Shown: positions 35,595 to 46,110 of the stretch, piece by piece
How positions within the stretch are numbered: position 1 is the first letter of the stretch
How the letters are laid out: each line of letters starts with the position of its first letter
Assembly: GCA_038227875.1 (NCBI GenBank)
Contig: JBBRPR010000006.1
Coordinates: 1 to 64,000 of the forward strand
Length of the DNA stretch: 64,000 nt
Direction of reading: 5' to 3'
DNA from: Planctomycetota bacterium
GTDB lineage: Bacteria; Planctomycetota; SZUA-567; H5-PLA8
Notes under the pieces: model-generated
What the model saw: the letters and a program-made list of their open reading frames with translations, nothing else
Told to the model about the DNA's origin: nothing
Databases searched by the model: none
Program-made: the position numbers and the translations under genes

Positions 35595-37511
35595 ATGGGT
35601 GCGACAAATGTGGTGGACTGCAACATGGTGGCGGAATTGGCGCCGGCTTACGTCGAAAAGACGTTGAGCGCCGAGGACGCGCAGAGCGTGGAATCGCATC
35701 TGCGGAGCTGCCCGAACTGCCGCAGTGCTGTGAAGCGCTTCCGGGCCGTCGATGGCCTGATGGGCTTCGCGCAGTTGGACCAGAACAGCGTCAACGCTGA
35801 AGGCGCTCCTGCGGAAGGTGGCGAAGAGGAAGGCGAATTGGTCGGCGCGGGTTCCGGTGGCCTGGCTGAACGCCTGGGTGGCGCGCCGTGGTGGGCAGTC
35901 TCCTGCGTGCTTCACGTGCTGGTGATCGCGCTGGCGAGCCTGGTCTCGATGGCGATCGAACTGCCCAAGAGCGACGACGCCGTGATCATGATGACCGAAC
36001 TGGCGGCGCGCCCGACGATTCAAGACGAACAGAAGGAAGACAAACAGGACAAGGCGCTGGAAGCACTCGCCTCCAATCACGACACGCCGCCGACGGACCC
36101 GACGTCGAAGCTCGCGTCGGACGTCGTGGTCCCGCCGGACATTCTTCAGAAGGCGGAACTTGGCGACCATTTCGAAACGATCAACCCCGACATGCCCGAC
36201 ACCCATAGCGCGCTGGGCAATCCCGACGCGAAGATGTTCCACTCTGTCGAAGGCAACACCGAAGCCGCTGGTGGCGGTGGCATGGGCGGGATGGGGATGG
36301 AAGACGTGATCGGCGTCGGCGGCGCAGCCTCGAAGGGCACCGGCGGCGGCTTCGGCGGCGGCGACGGCACGGGTATCGGTGTCGGCTCCGGCGCGGGACG
36401 CGGCAGCTTCGGCAACCGCAACGGTGGCGGACGCAAGCTGATGGTGATGCGCCACGGAGGTTCGAAAGCTTCCGAAGGTGCCGTCGACAAGGCGCTGGAA
36501 TGGCTCGCCTACCATCAGGAACCAGACGGCCACTGGGACTGCCTCAAGTACGAAGGCAAGCCGGAAGGCCGCACGCAGGGTATCAACGGCAATGCGGCGT
36601 GCACGGGCTTCGCGCTCCTGGCGTTCCTCGGCGCGGGCCATACGGACAAGGTCGGCAAGTACAAGGAAAACGTGGCCAAGGGTATCGCGTACCTGATCAG
36701 CACGCTCGACGCGAAGGGCCGCTGGTGCACCAACTATGGCAGCAACTACACGCAAGGCGTTGCGGGCCTGGCGCTGGCGGAAGCCTGCGGCATGAATCCG
36801 CGCAACAAGGAACTGAAAGAAGCCGCGCAGCGCGCCATCGATGGCGTGGTGGCCGGACAGATCAAGATCGGCGATAGCGAATACAACGCCTGGGATTACG
36901 CGCCCGGCGGCATGACCGACGACACCTCCGTGACCGGCTGGAACATCATGGCGCTGAAGTCCGCGAAGGTCGCGGGGCTGCATGTCGATCCGTTCTCCTT
37001 CGCCGGTGCGATGACCTGGATCAATGCCGGTCAGGACCTGAAGAACGCGCCGAAGGGCGGCGACGCCGAATACTGGGAAGGCGGCATGATGGCCTACCGC
37101 GGCACCGTCCAGAATCCCGGCGCACCGAAGAACATGGCGATGACCGCGGCCGCCACGCTCACCCGCCTGCTGGTCGGCGGCGAGAAGCCGGACACCGCCG
37201 GAATTTCCGGCCCGTGCAATCTGATGAAGCAGGACAAGAACCTGCCCAACAAGTGGCCGGGCAATCTCTACTACTGGTACTACGCGACGCTGACGATGTT
37301 CCAGAAGGGCGGCGATCACTGGAAGAACTGGAACGAGCCGATGAAGAAGACCTTGATCGACAACCAGCGCAAGGATGGCGACTTCGCTGGCAGCTACGAT
37401 CCGTTCTTCACCGAAGAGACCGGTTTCATCTACGGCGGCCGCGTGCAGGCCACCGCGCTCGGCGCGCTCTGCCTGGAAGTGTATTATCGCTACGCGAAGT
37501 TGAATCAGTAA
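35595..37511 (+). CDS. Zinc-finger anti-sigma domain, TM, Gly-rich linker and prenyltransferase/squalene-cyclase-repeat domain
   Basis: HLRSCPNC; TM WWAVSCVLHVLVIALA; ALEWLAYHQEPDGHW, DTSVTGW, YYWYYAT, LEVYYRY. Confidence 0.85.
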   Translation: MGATNVVDCNMVAELAPAYVEKTLSAEDAQSVESHLRSCPNCRSAVKRFRAVDGLMGFAQLDQNSVNAEGAPAEGGEEEGELVGAGSGGLAERLGGAPWWAVSCVLHVLVIALASLVSMAIELPKSDDAVIMMTELAARPTIQDEQKEDKQDKALEALASNHDTPPTDPTSKLASDVVVPPDILQKAELGDHFETINPDMPDTHSALGNPDAKMFHSVEGNTEAAGGGGMGGMGMEDVIGVGGAASKGTGGGFGGGDGTGIGVGSGAGRGSFGNRNGGGRKLMVMRHGGSKASEGAVDKALEWLAYHQEPDGHWDCLKYEGKPEGRTQGINGNAACTGFALLAFLGAGHTDKVGKYKENVAKGIAYLISTLDAKGRWCTNYGSNYTQGVAGLALAEACGMNPRNKELKEAAQRAIDGVVAGQIKIGDSEYNAWDYAPGGMTDDTSVTGWNIMALKSAKVAGLHVDPFSFAGAMTWINAGQDLKNAPKGGDAEYWEGGMMAYRGTVQNPGAPKNMAMTAAATLTRLLVGGEKPDTAGISGPCNLMKQDKNLPNKWPGNLYYWYYATLTMFQKGGDHWKNWNEPMKKTLIDNQRKDGDFAGSYDPFFTEETGFIYGGRVQATALGALCLEVYYRYAKLNQ

Positions 37512-37515
37512 CGGC

Positions 37516-37602
37516 CGGGAATCGGGATTCGTAAAACAGAAACGGGGATCGGGTGATGTCACCCGATCCCCGTTCTTTTTCTGTTACGAATCCCGAATCC
37601 CG
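37516..37602. terminator. Long heptamer-flanked hairpin between convergent genes (bidirectional terminator/REP)
   Basis: cgggaatcgggattcgtaa..cggggatcgggtga-tg-tcacccgatccccg..ttacgaatcccgaatcccg. Confidence 0.75.
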
Positions 37603-37612
37603 CCTGTTCCAA

Positions 37613-38860
37613 CTAAAACTCGAACGAACTCTGCCCCAGCCGCTTTTCGATTTCGGCGACGACGCGCGATTCTTCCTGCACGCCCTTGGCGATGAACGTC
37701 ACGCTGAAGCGAACATACGGACCCGCGTCGTCCCACGGCACGGTGCTGATCAGCGAGTTGGTGATCAGCCACTGTGAGAAGTCTTCGGCTTTCTCGAAGA
37801 CCGTACGCTTGCCGTCCTTGGCTTTGGCGGCCTTCGGCGCGGGCACATAGAGGAAGAAGCTGCCCTTCGGCTTCTTCGCCTTGAAGCCGTGCTTATTCAA
37901 CACACCGCAGAGCGCGTCCATGCGGCGGCTGTATTTGGCGGCGATGTCGCGGGTGATCTGCGGATTGCGCAGCGCAAACGCGCAGGCCTTCTGAATGGCG
38001 AGGAACTGGCCGGAGTCGCTGTTGTCCTTGACGTCGCCGTAGGATTTCACAATCAGCGGGTTGCCGACTATGAAGCCCAGGCGCCAGCCGGTCATGTTGA
38101 AGCCCTTGCTCATTGAATGGAGCTCGACACCGACATCCTTCGCGCCGGGCGTCGCCAGGAACGAAAGCGGCTTGCCTTCGAACACCAGCGCCGCGTAGGC
38201 CGAATCGTGAATGACGATGATGTTGTTCTTCTTGGCGAAGGCGACGACCTTTTCGAAGAACTCCGGCGTCGCCGACGCGCCCGTCGGATTGTTGGGGTAG
38301 TTCAGGACGATCGACTTGGCTTTCTTCAGCACGTCGGCAGGAATGCTCTCCAGGTCCGGCAGGAAATTGTTCTTCTCCAGCAGCGGCAGATTGTGGACGG
38401 TGCCGCCAAGGTACTTGGAGTGCGTGCCGTAGACCGGGTAGCCGGGCGTGGTCATCAGCGCGACATCGCCGGGGTTGATGAAGCAGTGCGGGAGCACGGT
38501 GAGCGCGCCCTTGCTGCCGATGGAGTGCATCACTTCCGTTTCCGGATCGATGCCGGAAACGCCGCAGACTTCCTTCATCCATGCGGCGGCGGCGGCTTTG
38601 TACTCCGGGCCGCCATTGTCGGCGTAGCCGCGGTTCTCAGGCTTGGAGGCCTCATCGGAGAGCGCCTTGACGCAGCTTTCCGGCGCCATCTCGTCGGGTT
38701 CGCCCACGCCCATGTCGATCAACTCGACGCCGGGGTTGGCGGTCATCGCGGCGCGTTTGGCGCGCTTGATCTTCTCGAATTTGTAGATGGCGGTGTCTTT
38801 GCCGTAGTTCTTGCCGCCGATGCGTTCGGCGAAGAGGTTCTGGATGTACGAGTCGGCCAT
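37613..38860 (-). CDS. dapL: LL-diaminopimelate aminotransferase
   Basis: YKFEKIKRAK, DMGVGEPD, NYPNNPTG, SMSKGFNMTGWRLG, DSGQF; start ATG 38860 with GGGAG. Confidence 0.8.
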   Translation of the reverse strand: MADSYIQNLFAERIGGKNYGKDTAIYKFEKIKRAKRAAMTANPGVELIDMGVGEPDEMAPESCVKALSDEASKPENRGYADNGGPEYKAAAAAWMKEVCGVSGIDPETEVMHSIGSKGALTVLPHCFINPGDVALMTTPGYPVYGTHSKYLGGTVHNLPLLEKNNFLPDLESIPADVLKKAKSIVLNYPNNPTGASATPEFFEKVVAFAKKNNIIVIHDSAYAALVFEGKPLSFLATPGAKDVGVELHSMSKGFNMTGWRLGFIVGNPLIVKSYGDVKDNSDSGQFLAIQKACAFALRNPQITRDIAAKYSRRMDALCGVLNKHGFKAKKPKGSFFLYVPAPKAAKAKDGKRTVFEKAEDFSQWLITNSLISTVPWDDAGPYVRFSVTFIAKGVQEESRVVAEIEKRLGQSSFEF

Positions 38861-39141
38861 GATTGCTCCCTGTCGAAAGGTGGTTGTGTCAGCCGGACGT
38901 ATGTATTCCGAGCGCGGCGGAAGATCAAGAGCATTGCGGATTGCGGATTGGATGGGCTTGAGTTCCAGCTGGATTTGGCGTGGCGACGTTTGTGCAAGTT
39001 TCGATTGGATCTGAGGTTGTGAATTTAATGTCCGCATTCGAAAAAGATTCAAGATCGCGTTGGTAAAACCACCGTTCGCGCGCATGAGTAGGCGGGAAAG
39101 CGTGGCAACAGGATGGAGAGCCATGTTAGGATTCGGGAAGA

Positions 39142-40542
39142 ATGGTTGACGCATTGACCGACGATGAATTGCTGCTGGCCATCTCGGAACGCCGCGATCA
39201 AGACGCGTTCGCGGAACTGCACGCCCGCTTCCTTATCTTGAGCTTCAACGTCGCCTACAACATCACGGCCAACCGTTCGCTCGCGGAAGAGGCGATGCAG
39301 GAAGCCATGTTGCAGGTCTGGCTTTCGGCGAAGGCCTACAAGCCCGGCAATGCGCGCGGGTGGATCCTGCGCATCGTCGTGCGCGAAAGTCTGGAGCTGG
39401 CCAGAAAGCAATCAAAGGGACGAAAGCGAATGGAGCAGGAACGCTCGCGCCAACAGTCGAAGGTCCCGGCCCAAGTCGCCGACAATCCCGAGCAGGACGA
39501 ATTGCTGCGGATGCTGCGGAGCGTCTTGCACGAACTCCCCGCGCCAGACCGGCAACTGCTGGCGCTCCATTTCGGTGCGGAAATGACGCAGCAGGAAATC
39601 GGCACCGCGCTCGCCATGCCACAGCAGACGGTCTCGTTCAAGATCAAGAAGCTGCTCGACGATCTGCGCGGCCGGCTCTCGGTCGCCGGTTTTGCAGTGC
39701 TGGCCCCGGCGCTACTGGCGGAAAGCATAAGCAAAGCGATCTGCAGCGGCGTTCCAGCGCCGCACGGTCTACCCGCGCCAGATGTGGCAAAGACCCGCGA
39801 GCGGATGGTTCCTCGACAATCACTCGGAATCCCGGTGGGTGCGGCCGCCTTCGCAGTGATCGCATTGGGTTGCGCCGTGGCCTTCGGTATGAAGACCGGA
39901 CAGTCCGTGCCACAGAACCCGGCGTTGACGGCCCAGGCAGGCACGGACGAAAAGCAGACGTCGCTGCGCTGGTCCTTTGATGCTGGAATTCCCGACGATC
40001 TTAAAACCGAAAACGGCGCGGCGAGCCGCGAATGGAAATGGAAGAAGTCTCCTGGTGAGAGAGGGCAATTGGTCAGCGATGGCGTCATCGCTTTGACCTT
40101 GCCGGTTCGCGTTCCCGAGCGTCCGTTCGTCATGACGGAGCATTTCGACATCAAAGGCCGCGAGAATCTGCTGATGGCCGGCGCCTGCTGGCGCAACGAG
40201 CGTGAAACGCTGCCGCACCGCGAAAACTTCAAAATCCCGCTCTGGACAAGCAAGAACGCTCCCGAACGCATCGATATCGCGACCTACTTCCTGGGCCGTT
40301 ACGTCGTCCACGTGACCAACGGAACCATTTCGAAAATCTGCGAATACGAAAAGAGCTTCCCGTCGGACAAATCCATGATGTTCTTTCAGAATTGTGGCCT
40401 GTGCTCAGTCGAATTCCAGACGCTGGCTCCCAACGACATCCCACTTGAGATGCGCGACACGGCGAAGCTGCTCGAACAGTTTAAGGCCGGCGGCGCGACG
40501 GCGCATGACGTCGCCCCGACAGAACTGCCGCCGGGCTGGTAG
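39142..40542 (+). CDS. ECF sigma factor with C-terminal TM and extracytoplasmic extension
   Basis: AEEAMQEAMLQVW, GWIL, MTQQEIGTALAMPQQTVS; hydrophobic segment GAAAFAVIALGCAVAFG. Confidence 0.85.
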   Translation: MVDALTDDELLLAISERRDQDAFAELHARFLILSFNVAYNITANRSLAEEAMQEAMLQVWLSAKAYKPGNARGWILRIVVRESLELARKQSKGRKRMEQERSRQQSKVPAQVADNPEQDELLRMLRSVLHELPAPDRQLLALHFGAEMTQQEIGTALAMPQQTVSFKIKKLLDDLRGRLSVAGFAVLAPALLAESISKAICSGVPAPHGLPAPDVAKTRERMVPRQSLGIPVGAAAFAVIALGCAVAFGMKTGQSVPQNPALTAQAGTDEKQTSLRWSFDAGIPDDLKTENGAASREWKWKKSPGERGQLVSDGVIALTLPVRVPERPFVMTEHFDIKGRENLLMAGACWRNERETLPHRENFKIPLWTSKNAPERIDIATYFLGRYVVHVTNGTISKICEYEKSFPSDKSMMFFQNCGLCSVEFQTLAPNDIPLEMRDTAKLLEQFKAGGATAHDVAPTELPPGW

Positions 40543-40558
40543 CGGACGTTCCAAACAA

Positions 40559-40738
40559 ATGGGATCGGGGATCGGGCATCTACGGATTTTCCAGGGGCAC
40601 CCCGGAAAACCGCCGGCATCGGTCAGTTTGAACGCTCGCCATTTAACATTGTGCTATTGCATCGATCGAGACGGACACGAGCCTCACGGACGGTCATTCC
40701 AAAAAGCAGATGCCTGATGCCCGATCCCCGATCCCATC
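40559..40738. repeat. Inverted-repeat element of GGGGATC-type heptamers
   Basis: atgggatcggggatcgggcatc ... gatgcctgatgcccgatccccgatcccat. Confidence 0.75.
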
Positions 40739-40826
40739 TGTTTCGTTACCAAGTGACACAGCCCCTCCACTTGCAGGCCCCATGGCCACGCTACACTGAG
40801 GCCTCACCTTTCCAACGAGGTCTTCC

Positions 40827-41993
40827 GTGCGCAACAAAATCTCCGCCAAGGCGGCGCAGTTCACCGAATCCGTGATCCGCGAGATGACGCGGCTGTGCAA
40901 CCGGCACGGCGCCGTCAATCTCGCGCAGGGCTTTCCCGATTTTCCCGCGCCGGCCGAGATGAAACGCGCCGCGCAGGAGGCCATCGCCGCGGAGAAAAAT
41001 CAGTACGCGATCACCTGGGGCGCGAAGGCCTTTCGCGATGCGCTCACGGCCAAGACAAAGCGTTTCACCGGACTCACCATCGATCCGGAACGCGAGCTGA
41101 CCGTCTGCTGCGGCTCGACGGAAGCAATGATCTCCGCGATGCTGGCCACCGTCGATCCGGGAGAGGAAGTGATCGTCTTCGAGCCGTTTTATGAAAACTA
41201 CGGACCCGACGCGATCCTCTCCGGTGCCACGCCCGTCTACGTCAAACTCTCCCCGCCGGACTGGTCGTTCGACCGCGAAGAGTTGCGCCGCGCGTTTTCG
41301 CCGCGAACCAAGGGCATCATCGTCAACACGCCGCACAATCCGACCGGGAAGGTCTTCACCCGCGAGGAGCTGACCTTCATCGGCGAGTTGGCGATCGAAC
41401 ACGACACGCTGATCTATACCGACGAAATCTACGAGCACATCCTTTACGACGGCCGCGAGCATGTTTACCCGATGGCCCTGCCTGGCTTGCGCGAGCGGAC
41501 GGTTGCGATTTCCGGGCTGAGCAAAACGTACAGCGTCACCGGCTGGCGCATCGGCTATGCCATCGCGCCGCCGGAGATCACGGACGCGATTCGCAAGGTC
41601 CACGATTTCCTGACCGTGGGCGCACCCGCGCCGCTGCAGGAAGGCGCCGTCGTGGGCCTGCAATTCGGCGACGACTACTACACGGAACTCGCTCAGAAAT
41701 ACACCGCACGCCGCGCGCTCTGCCTGGACATGCTGGGCAAGGCCGGATTCAACTACTACGCGCCGCAGGGCGCGTACTACGTGATGACCGAATATCCCAA
41801 GAGCGCCGGCTTCACCGACGACGTGGCATTCACCAAATTCCTGATCGAGAAGATCGGCGTCGCCGTGGTCCCCGGTTCGAGCTTCTACCGCGCCGGATCG
41901 CCGGAGGCGAAGAAGATCGTGCGCTTCAACTACTCAAAGAAAGACGAGACGCTGCTGGAGGCCGGACGGCGCCTGTTGAAGCTGAAGCCGTGA
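40827..41993 (+). CDS. Class I/II PLP-dependent aminotransferase (YbdL-like)
   Basis: NLAQGFPDF, NTPHNPTG, DEIY, SKTYSVTGWRIG. Confidence 0.9.
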   Translation: MRNKISAKAAQFTESVIREMTRLCNRHGAVNLAQGFPDFPAPAEMKRAAQEAIAAEKNQYAITWGAKAFRDALTAKTKRFTGLTIDPERELTVCCGSTEAMISAMLATVDPGEEVIVFEPFYENYGPDAILSGATPVYVKLSPPDWSFDREELRRAFSPRTKGIIVNTPHNPTGKVFTREELTFIGELAIEHDTLIYTDEIYEHILYDGREHVYPMALPGLRERTVAISGLSKTYSVTGWRIGYAIAPPEITDAIRKVHDFLTVGAPAPLQEGAVVGLQFGDDYYTELAQKYTARRALCLDMLGKAGFNYYAPQGAYYVMTEYPKSAGFTDDVAFTKFLIEKIGVAVVPGSSFYRAGSPEAKKIVRFNYSKKDETLLEAGRRLLKLKP

Positions 41994-42038
41994 CGAATCC
42001 ATTCGCGGTTTGCAACGCAAGCGCGCAACAAAGTTACG

Positions 42039-44732
42039 CTACGGTTTACTCACATCCAACGTCTCCGTTGCAGCGTAAGTAATCCGGCAACGCAGTACCC
42101 GGTTATTCAACAGGTCCGCCACGTAAACGTTGCGGTCGGTCACCGCCAGGCCGATGATCCAGTTGAAGGCGATTGAAGGCTCCGCGAAAGGACTCTTCAG
42201 ATCTGCAGGATCCCCCTGCTTGCGCGGACGAAGCAGCTGGCTTGACGGGTCGACGACGTAACTGTCGGTTCCGCAACAATCCTGATTGCCATAGGCACCA
42301 AAGTACGTCAGCACGTTTCCGTTTGTATCCAGCACCATGATGCGCTGGCGCGCCAGGTCCGGGGCGAACGTACGCCCGAAATCGTCCACGTCGAAATCCG
42401 TGCCAGTGCAATGGCACGAGTCGCTGCTCCCGCCGTTGGAAACCATGTCGCCCACCGGTCCAATTCCGGGTGTAATCCATAGTGCTCCCTGAATCGCGCC
42501 ATCTTTCTTCCGGCTTCCTGAACCCTCAACACTGGTTTTGGCCACGTCGGCCGGGAGGGCGACGGGATCGCCTGCGGGTTTGTCGGTATCCTTTGAGGCG
42601 AGAAAAATGTTGCCACCCGCAGACCCAAACTTGACCACACTGCCATACATGTAATCAAACACGCGCGAGACTTCCTTCTCGGCAGGCAAATGGGTTTTGA
42701 ACTCAGCGGGAAAACTTTGACCCACCGGCTTGATGCTCTCCATGATGTACAGGTTGCCCTTTGGATCGAGCTTTGGTCCATAGGACCCGTCCGTCACGCC
42801 CCACAACGCCGTGCGCTTGATCTTTCCATCCTGTCCAAAAACGAGGACATGCATCAGCCCGTGATACGACGTGCCGCGGATCTTGGCGTAGATCTCGTTC
42901 TTGCGATCGATGAAGTAGTCGCGTTCCCACGCCGTCGTGCCGCTGGAACCGTACTTGTTCGGCAGACCGCCCATGTACGGACCGCTCGGAATATCGGTGG
43001 CCTCAAACGGTTTCAATTTGCCATCGGCGTCCCAGCGGCGAATGCCCAGCGCGTGCGTGTTTGAATAGATGCACCCGTCCGGTCCCAGCCGGTTGATGCC
43101 GCCGGCGTCGATCACGCGGTTGACCTTGCGGATCTTCCCGCTCTCCTCATCCACGATGGTGAGCACATTATCCACCTGGCATGCCACTTCGCGCCGGTAC
43201 GGATCGGTTGTGGGATTGCGGAGCCTCGGGGGAAAGTAACAGTCCACCGCCGCCGGTTCTGAGAATTGGCTGCCCTGGTCTTCGCTGCGCTTAAGAGTGG
43301 CGGGAGTGGCGGCCACGCTGGACGTACCCAGCCAGAGCAACGGTTTTTCCCCACTTGTATCCAGCGCAAAACTGCGCCGGAAGCTCCATTCATACGCTCC
43401 AAATGTGCCTCTCTTCTGATACGCGAGACTCAGGCGGCAGACCTCCTTCGGATGCTGCCAGTCGGAATATTTTACGACGCTGTCTTTTTCACAAACGTAA
43501 ACGGCACCCGTCTTGGAATGTACGCCGACCCACTCCGGCTGTTCGGTCGGCCAGGATCCGGCGACGTGCATGTCTTTCTCGTCCAGCACGATCACGCGAT
43601 TGTTGCCGCTGTCGCAGACCAGCAGGTGCCCGTGCCCGTCGCTGCAGAGGCCGCGCGGCTGTTTGAGATGACTCTGGTCCTCTCCTGCCTTGGCCGGATC
43701 TCCAAAGACAACCTCGCCCGGGCCGCGATTCGCAAAGGAGACTCGCGCCACGAACGGCGACACGTCGGCCAACTTGCTGCCGCCTGCGGGCGTGCCGAAT
43801 CCAGTCACGTACAAACTTTTGCCATCGGAACTGGCCGCCAGAAACATCAGCCCATACTTCCATCCTGCCTTTGCATCCCCCAGTACGGGGCCGGCGAACG
43901 GATCCAGAGGCATCCCACCGGTCAAATCGATCGCGGCGATGCGCGGAGAAAAATTCCGCGACCAGCCGCCCGGCCCGGTATTCACGACCGTATGCCAAAG
44001 CAGGCCGTCCGCCACGACCATCTGTGCGGCCGGCCAGTCGCCCGCGGGATAGTAGCCCATCTCCTGCTGATGGCGGATCAGCGGGTTCAGGTACTGGCGC
44101 TCATTCAGAAATGCGCCGCTGCCTTTCAATCGTTCCAGCGGCAGGCTGGGCGAGAAAGGTTTAATGGTTTGCTCGTAGCTGCCGTCACGGCGGAAGACGT
44201 GCACCGTCGAACCGTTGAAATGCTGATTGGCCTGAAAGCCCGGCCGGTCGTCAATCACGTACACACGGCCGTCCGGGCCGCTGGCCATGCCCAGCACGCT
44301 GGTCACCGCGTTCGGACCGGACTTTTCCGTGAACGCAGTGCCGGCGTATTCCGCCTGAAGGCCCAGGGACACCCTCGCCTTAAAGGATCCACTGGCAGCA
44401 ACCTTGCCGTCGTCGTCTTTGCCGTCCCATGCCAGACTCTGTTCGAGAACATTCGGCTGGAGCGGCGCGGGCGCGCTTTTACCCAGCAGGCCCGCTGCGA
44501 GATGGCGGACGATGCGGCCTTTCTCATCGAGAATAGCGACCGCGACGTCGGTCTCTCGATCCACGGCAAACGTGATGACGCTCGCTCCCGCAGACTTCAC
44601 GGCCGACGGCTTTTTGGTGAACACCGCAGCCTTGGAGTTCTGAGACTGCGCTTCGAAGCCTTGAAGCGTTCCTGCACAGCACACGATAATGGATAGCTGC
44701 GCCGCGAAACCAACCCATCTGTTGCACATCAC
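42039..44732 (-). CDS. Secreted FlgD-Ig plus NHL/beta-propeller protein
   Basis: Signal peptide, IVRHLAAG..WDGKDDDG, DSGNNRV, FGAYGNQD, YVADLLNNRV. Confidence 0.8.
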   Translation of the reverse strand: MMCNRWVGFAAQLSIIVCCAGTLQGFEAQSQNSKAAVFTKKPSAVKSAGASVITFAVDRETDVAVAILDEKGRIVRHLAAGLLGKSAPAPLQPNVLEQSLAWDGKDDDGKVAASGSFKARVSLGLQAEYAGTAFTEKSGPNAVTSVLGMASGPDGRVYVIDDRPGFQANQHFNGSTVHVFRRDGSYEQTIKPFSPSLPLERLKGSGAFLNERQYLNPLIRHQQEMGYYPAGDWPAAQMVVADGLLWHTVVNTGPGGWSRNFSPRIAAIDLTGGMPLDPFAGPVLGDAKAGWKYGLMFLAASSDGKSLYVTGFGTPAGGSKLADVSPFVARVSFANRGPGEVVFGDPAKAGEDQSHLKQPRGLCSDGHGHLLVCDSGNNRVIVLDEKDMHVAGSWPTEQPEWVGVHSKTGAVYVCEKDSVVKYSDWQHPKEVCRLSLAYQKRGTFGAYEWSFRRSFALDTSGEKPLLWLGTSSVAATPATLKRSEDQGSQFSEPAAVDCYFPPRLRNPTTDPYRREVACQVDNVLTIVDEESGKIRKVNRVIDAGGINRLGPDGCIYSNTHALGIRRWDADGKLKPFEATDIPSGPYMGGLPNKYGSSGTTAWERDYFIDRKNEIYAKIRGTSYHGLMHVLVFGQDGKIKRTALWGVTDGSYGPKLDPKGNLYIMESIKPVGQSFPAEFKTHLPAEKEVSRVFDYMYGSVVKFGSAGGNIFLASKDTDKPAGDPVALPADVAKTSVEGSGSRKKDGAIQGALWITPGIGPVGDMVSNGGSSDSCHCTGTDFDVDDFGRTFAPDLARQRIMVLDTNGNVLTYFGAYGNQDCCGTDSYVVDPSSQLLRPRKQGDPADLKSPFAEPSIAFNWIIGLAVTDRNVYVADLLNNRVLRCRITYAATETLDVSKP

Positions 44733-44752
44733 TCACCCCCTGCTTCTCTCGA

Positions 44753-45850
44753 CTACTCCTTTATTCTCAAGCGCACCGGCACACGCACACGCAATTCGGG
44801 AAGGCCGGGATTGGCGCGACGCTCGAGCAGAATCGCCATCGCCGCATCGGCCATGGCCCGGAGATCCCAGGTGATGGCGGGTGGAGGCGCGATGCCGTGG
44901 AACATCGGCGCGTACCGGCTGGCGTACATTTCGCTCGGCGTCCACCCGACCAGCTGAAGATCCTTGCCGATCACCAGACCGCACTCCGCCGCCGCCTGCG
45001 CGAGAGGCGAGATGTGCGTGTTCCACAAGGCCGCAATACCGTCGGGCCGCCCGGCCCCGGAAAGAATCTTGCGCGCGGCGGACAGCACGTCGTCGCTGGT
45101 CTGGAACACCAGGCTGGACTCCGTAGGCATACTTTTGCTCAGCAGCCCGGCACAAAATCCGCCAAAGCGGTCGAACACGTGGACGTTGCAGTCTGCGCGT
45201 CCAAACCAGGCAATGCGGCGACAACCGGCCTCGGCCAGGTAGCGGCTGGCGAGCATGCCCCCGTGGTGACCATCCTGCAGCACCGAGTCCACCCCGGAAC
45301 CTTCAACCCAGGAATCAACCATGACCAGGGGCAGGCCCGCGTCTTTGACAGAGGACAACGCCGCGGGATCGTTGCTGTCCAGAATCGCGGCCCATGCGTG
45401 CGACGCCGCCAGTCGCGTCCGCACATTTACAGATTGAATGGCACTCTCTCCCATCGCAGCCAGCGGCCAGCCCTTGCGATCGGCGGCATCCTGCAAGGTA
45501 GACATCAACCGCGCGTGATGTTCATCCCACGCCGCGGGTTCACGAGAGTCGCTGCGAATGTAGGCAACCGGACATCCGCGCAACGGATCGTTGGCCATGC
45601 CCAGCACGCGGTAGCCCTTGCGTGGCTCCGGACGAATCAGTCCGTCGGCCTGCAGTCTGGCCAGCGCACGGCGTACGGTCGTATGCGCCACGGCGAACGA
45701 CTGTGAGAGCTGTCGCTCCGTCGGCAAGTAATCGCCCACGGCCACAGCGCCCTCCAAGACTTGGCGTCGCAGGGCGATGTACACCTGGCCCGAAGAACGT
45801 CCCGTCGACTGATTTATTACTATTTCTTTGCTATCGTCTTTGATCATCAT
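44753..45850 (-). CDS. GntR-family regulator with LacI-type sensor domain
   Basis: LPTERQLSQSFAVAHTTVRRALARL..GLI..RKG; LPLVMVD..DSV..GG..A..YL. Confidence 0.88.
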   Translation of the reverse strand: MMIKDDSKEIVINQSTGRSSGQVYIALRRQVLEGAVAVGDYLPTERQLSQSFAVAHTTVRRALARLQADGLIRPEPRKGYRVLGMANDPLRGCPVAYIRSDSREPAAWDEHHARLMSTLQDAADRKGWPLAAMGESAIQSVNVRTRLAASHAWAAILDSNDPAALSSVKDAGLPLVMVDSWVEGSGVDSVLQDGHHGGMLASRYLAEAGCRRIAWFGRADCNVHVFDRFGGFCAGLLSKSMPTESSLVFQTSDDVLSAARKILSGAGRPDGIAALWNTHISPLAQAAAECGLVIGKDLQLVGWTPSEMYASRYAPMFHGIAPPPAITWDLRAMADAAMAILLERRANPGLPELRVRVPVRLRIKE

Positions 45851-46110
45851 ATGATTTCATATACAACTGAAATTAACAAAGATCAATGCTTTCTCATAAA
45901 TTTCTATGCTAGCTCTGTGCTATACATATGGGGCAGGCCGTAGAGATCGATGGTAGGGCCATCGTCTTTACGTGGTGTATTGAAAAAATTTTATCTGGGT
46001 CTGTGAGGGAGTAGATCTTTGGACGAATGAGATTCAAAAAAGCGAGCTACCGCATGCGGAAATCAAGCGGACCTCCGATGGGTACACCAATCTCTGACCC
46101 CTGGCCAGCC

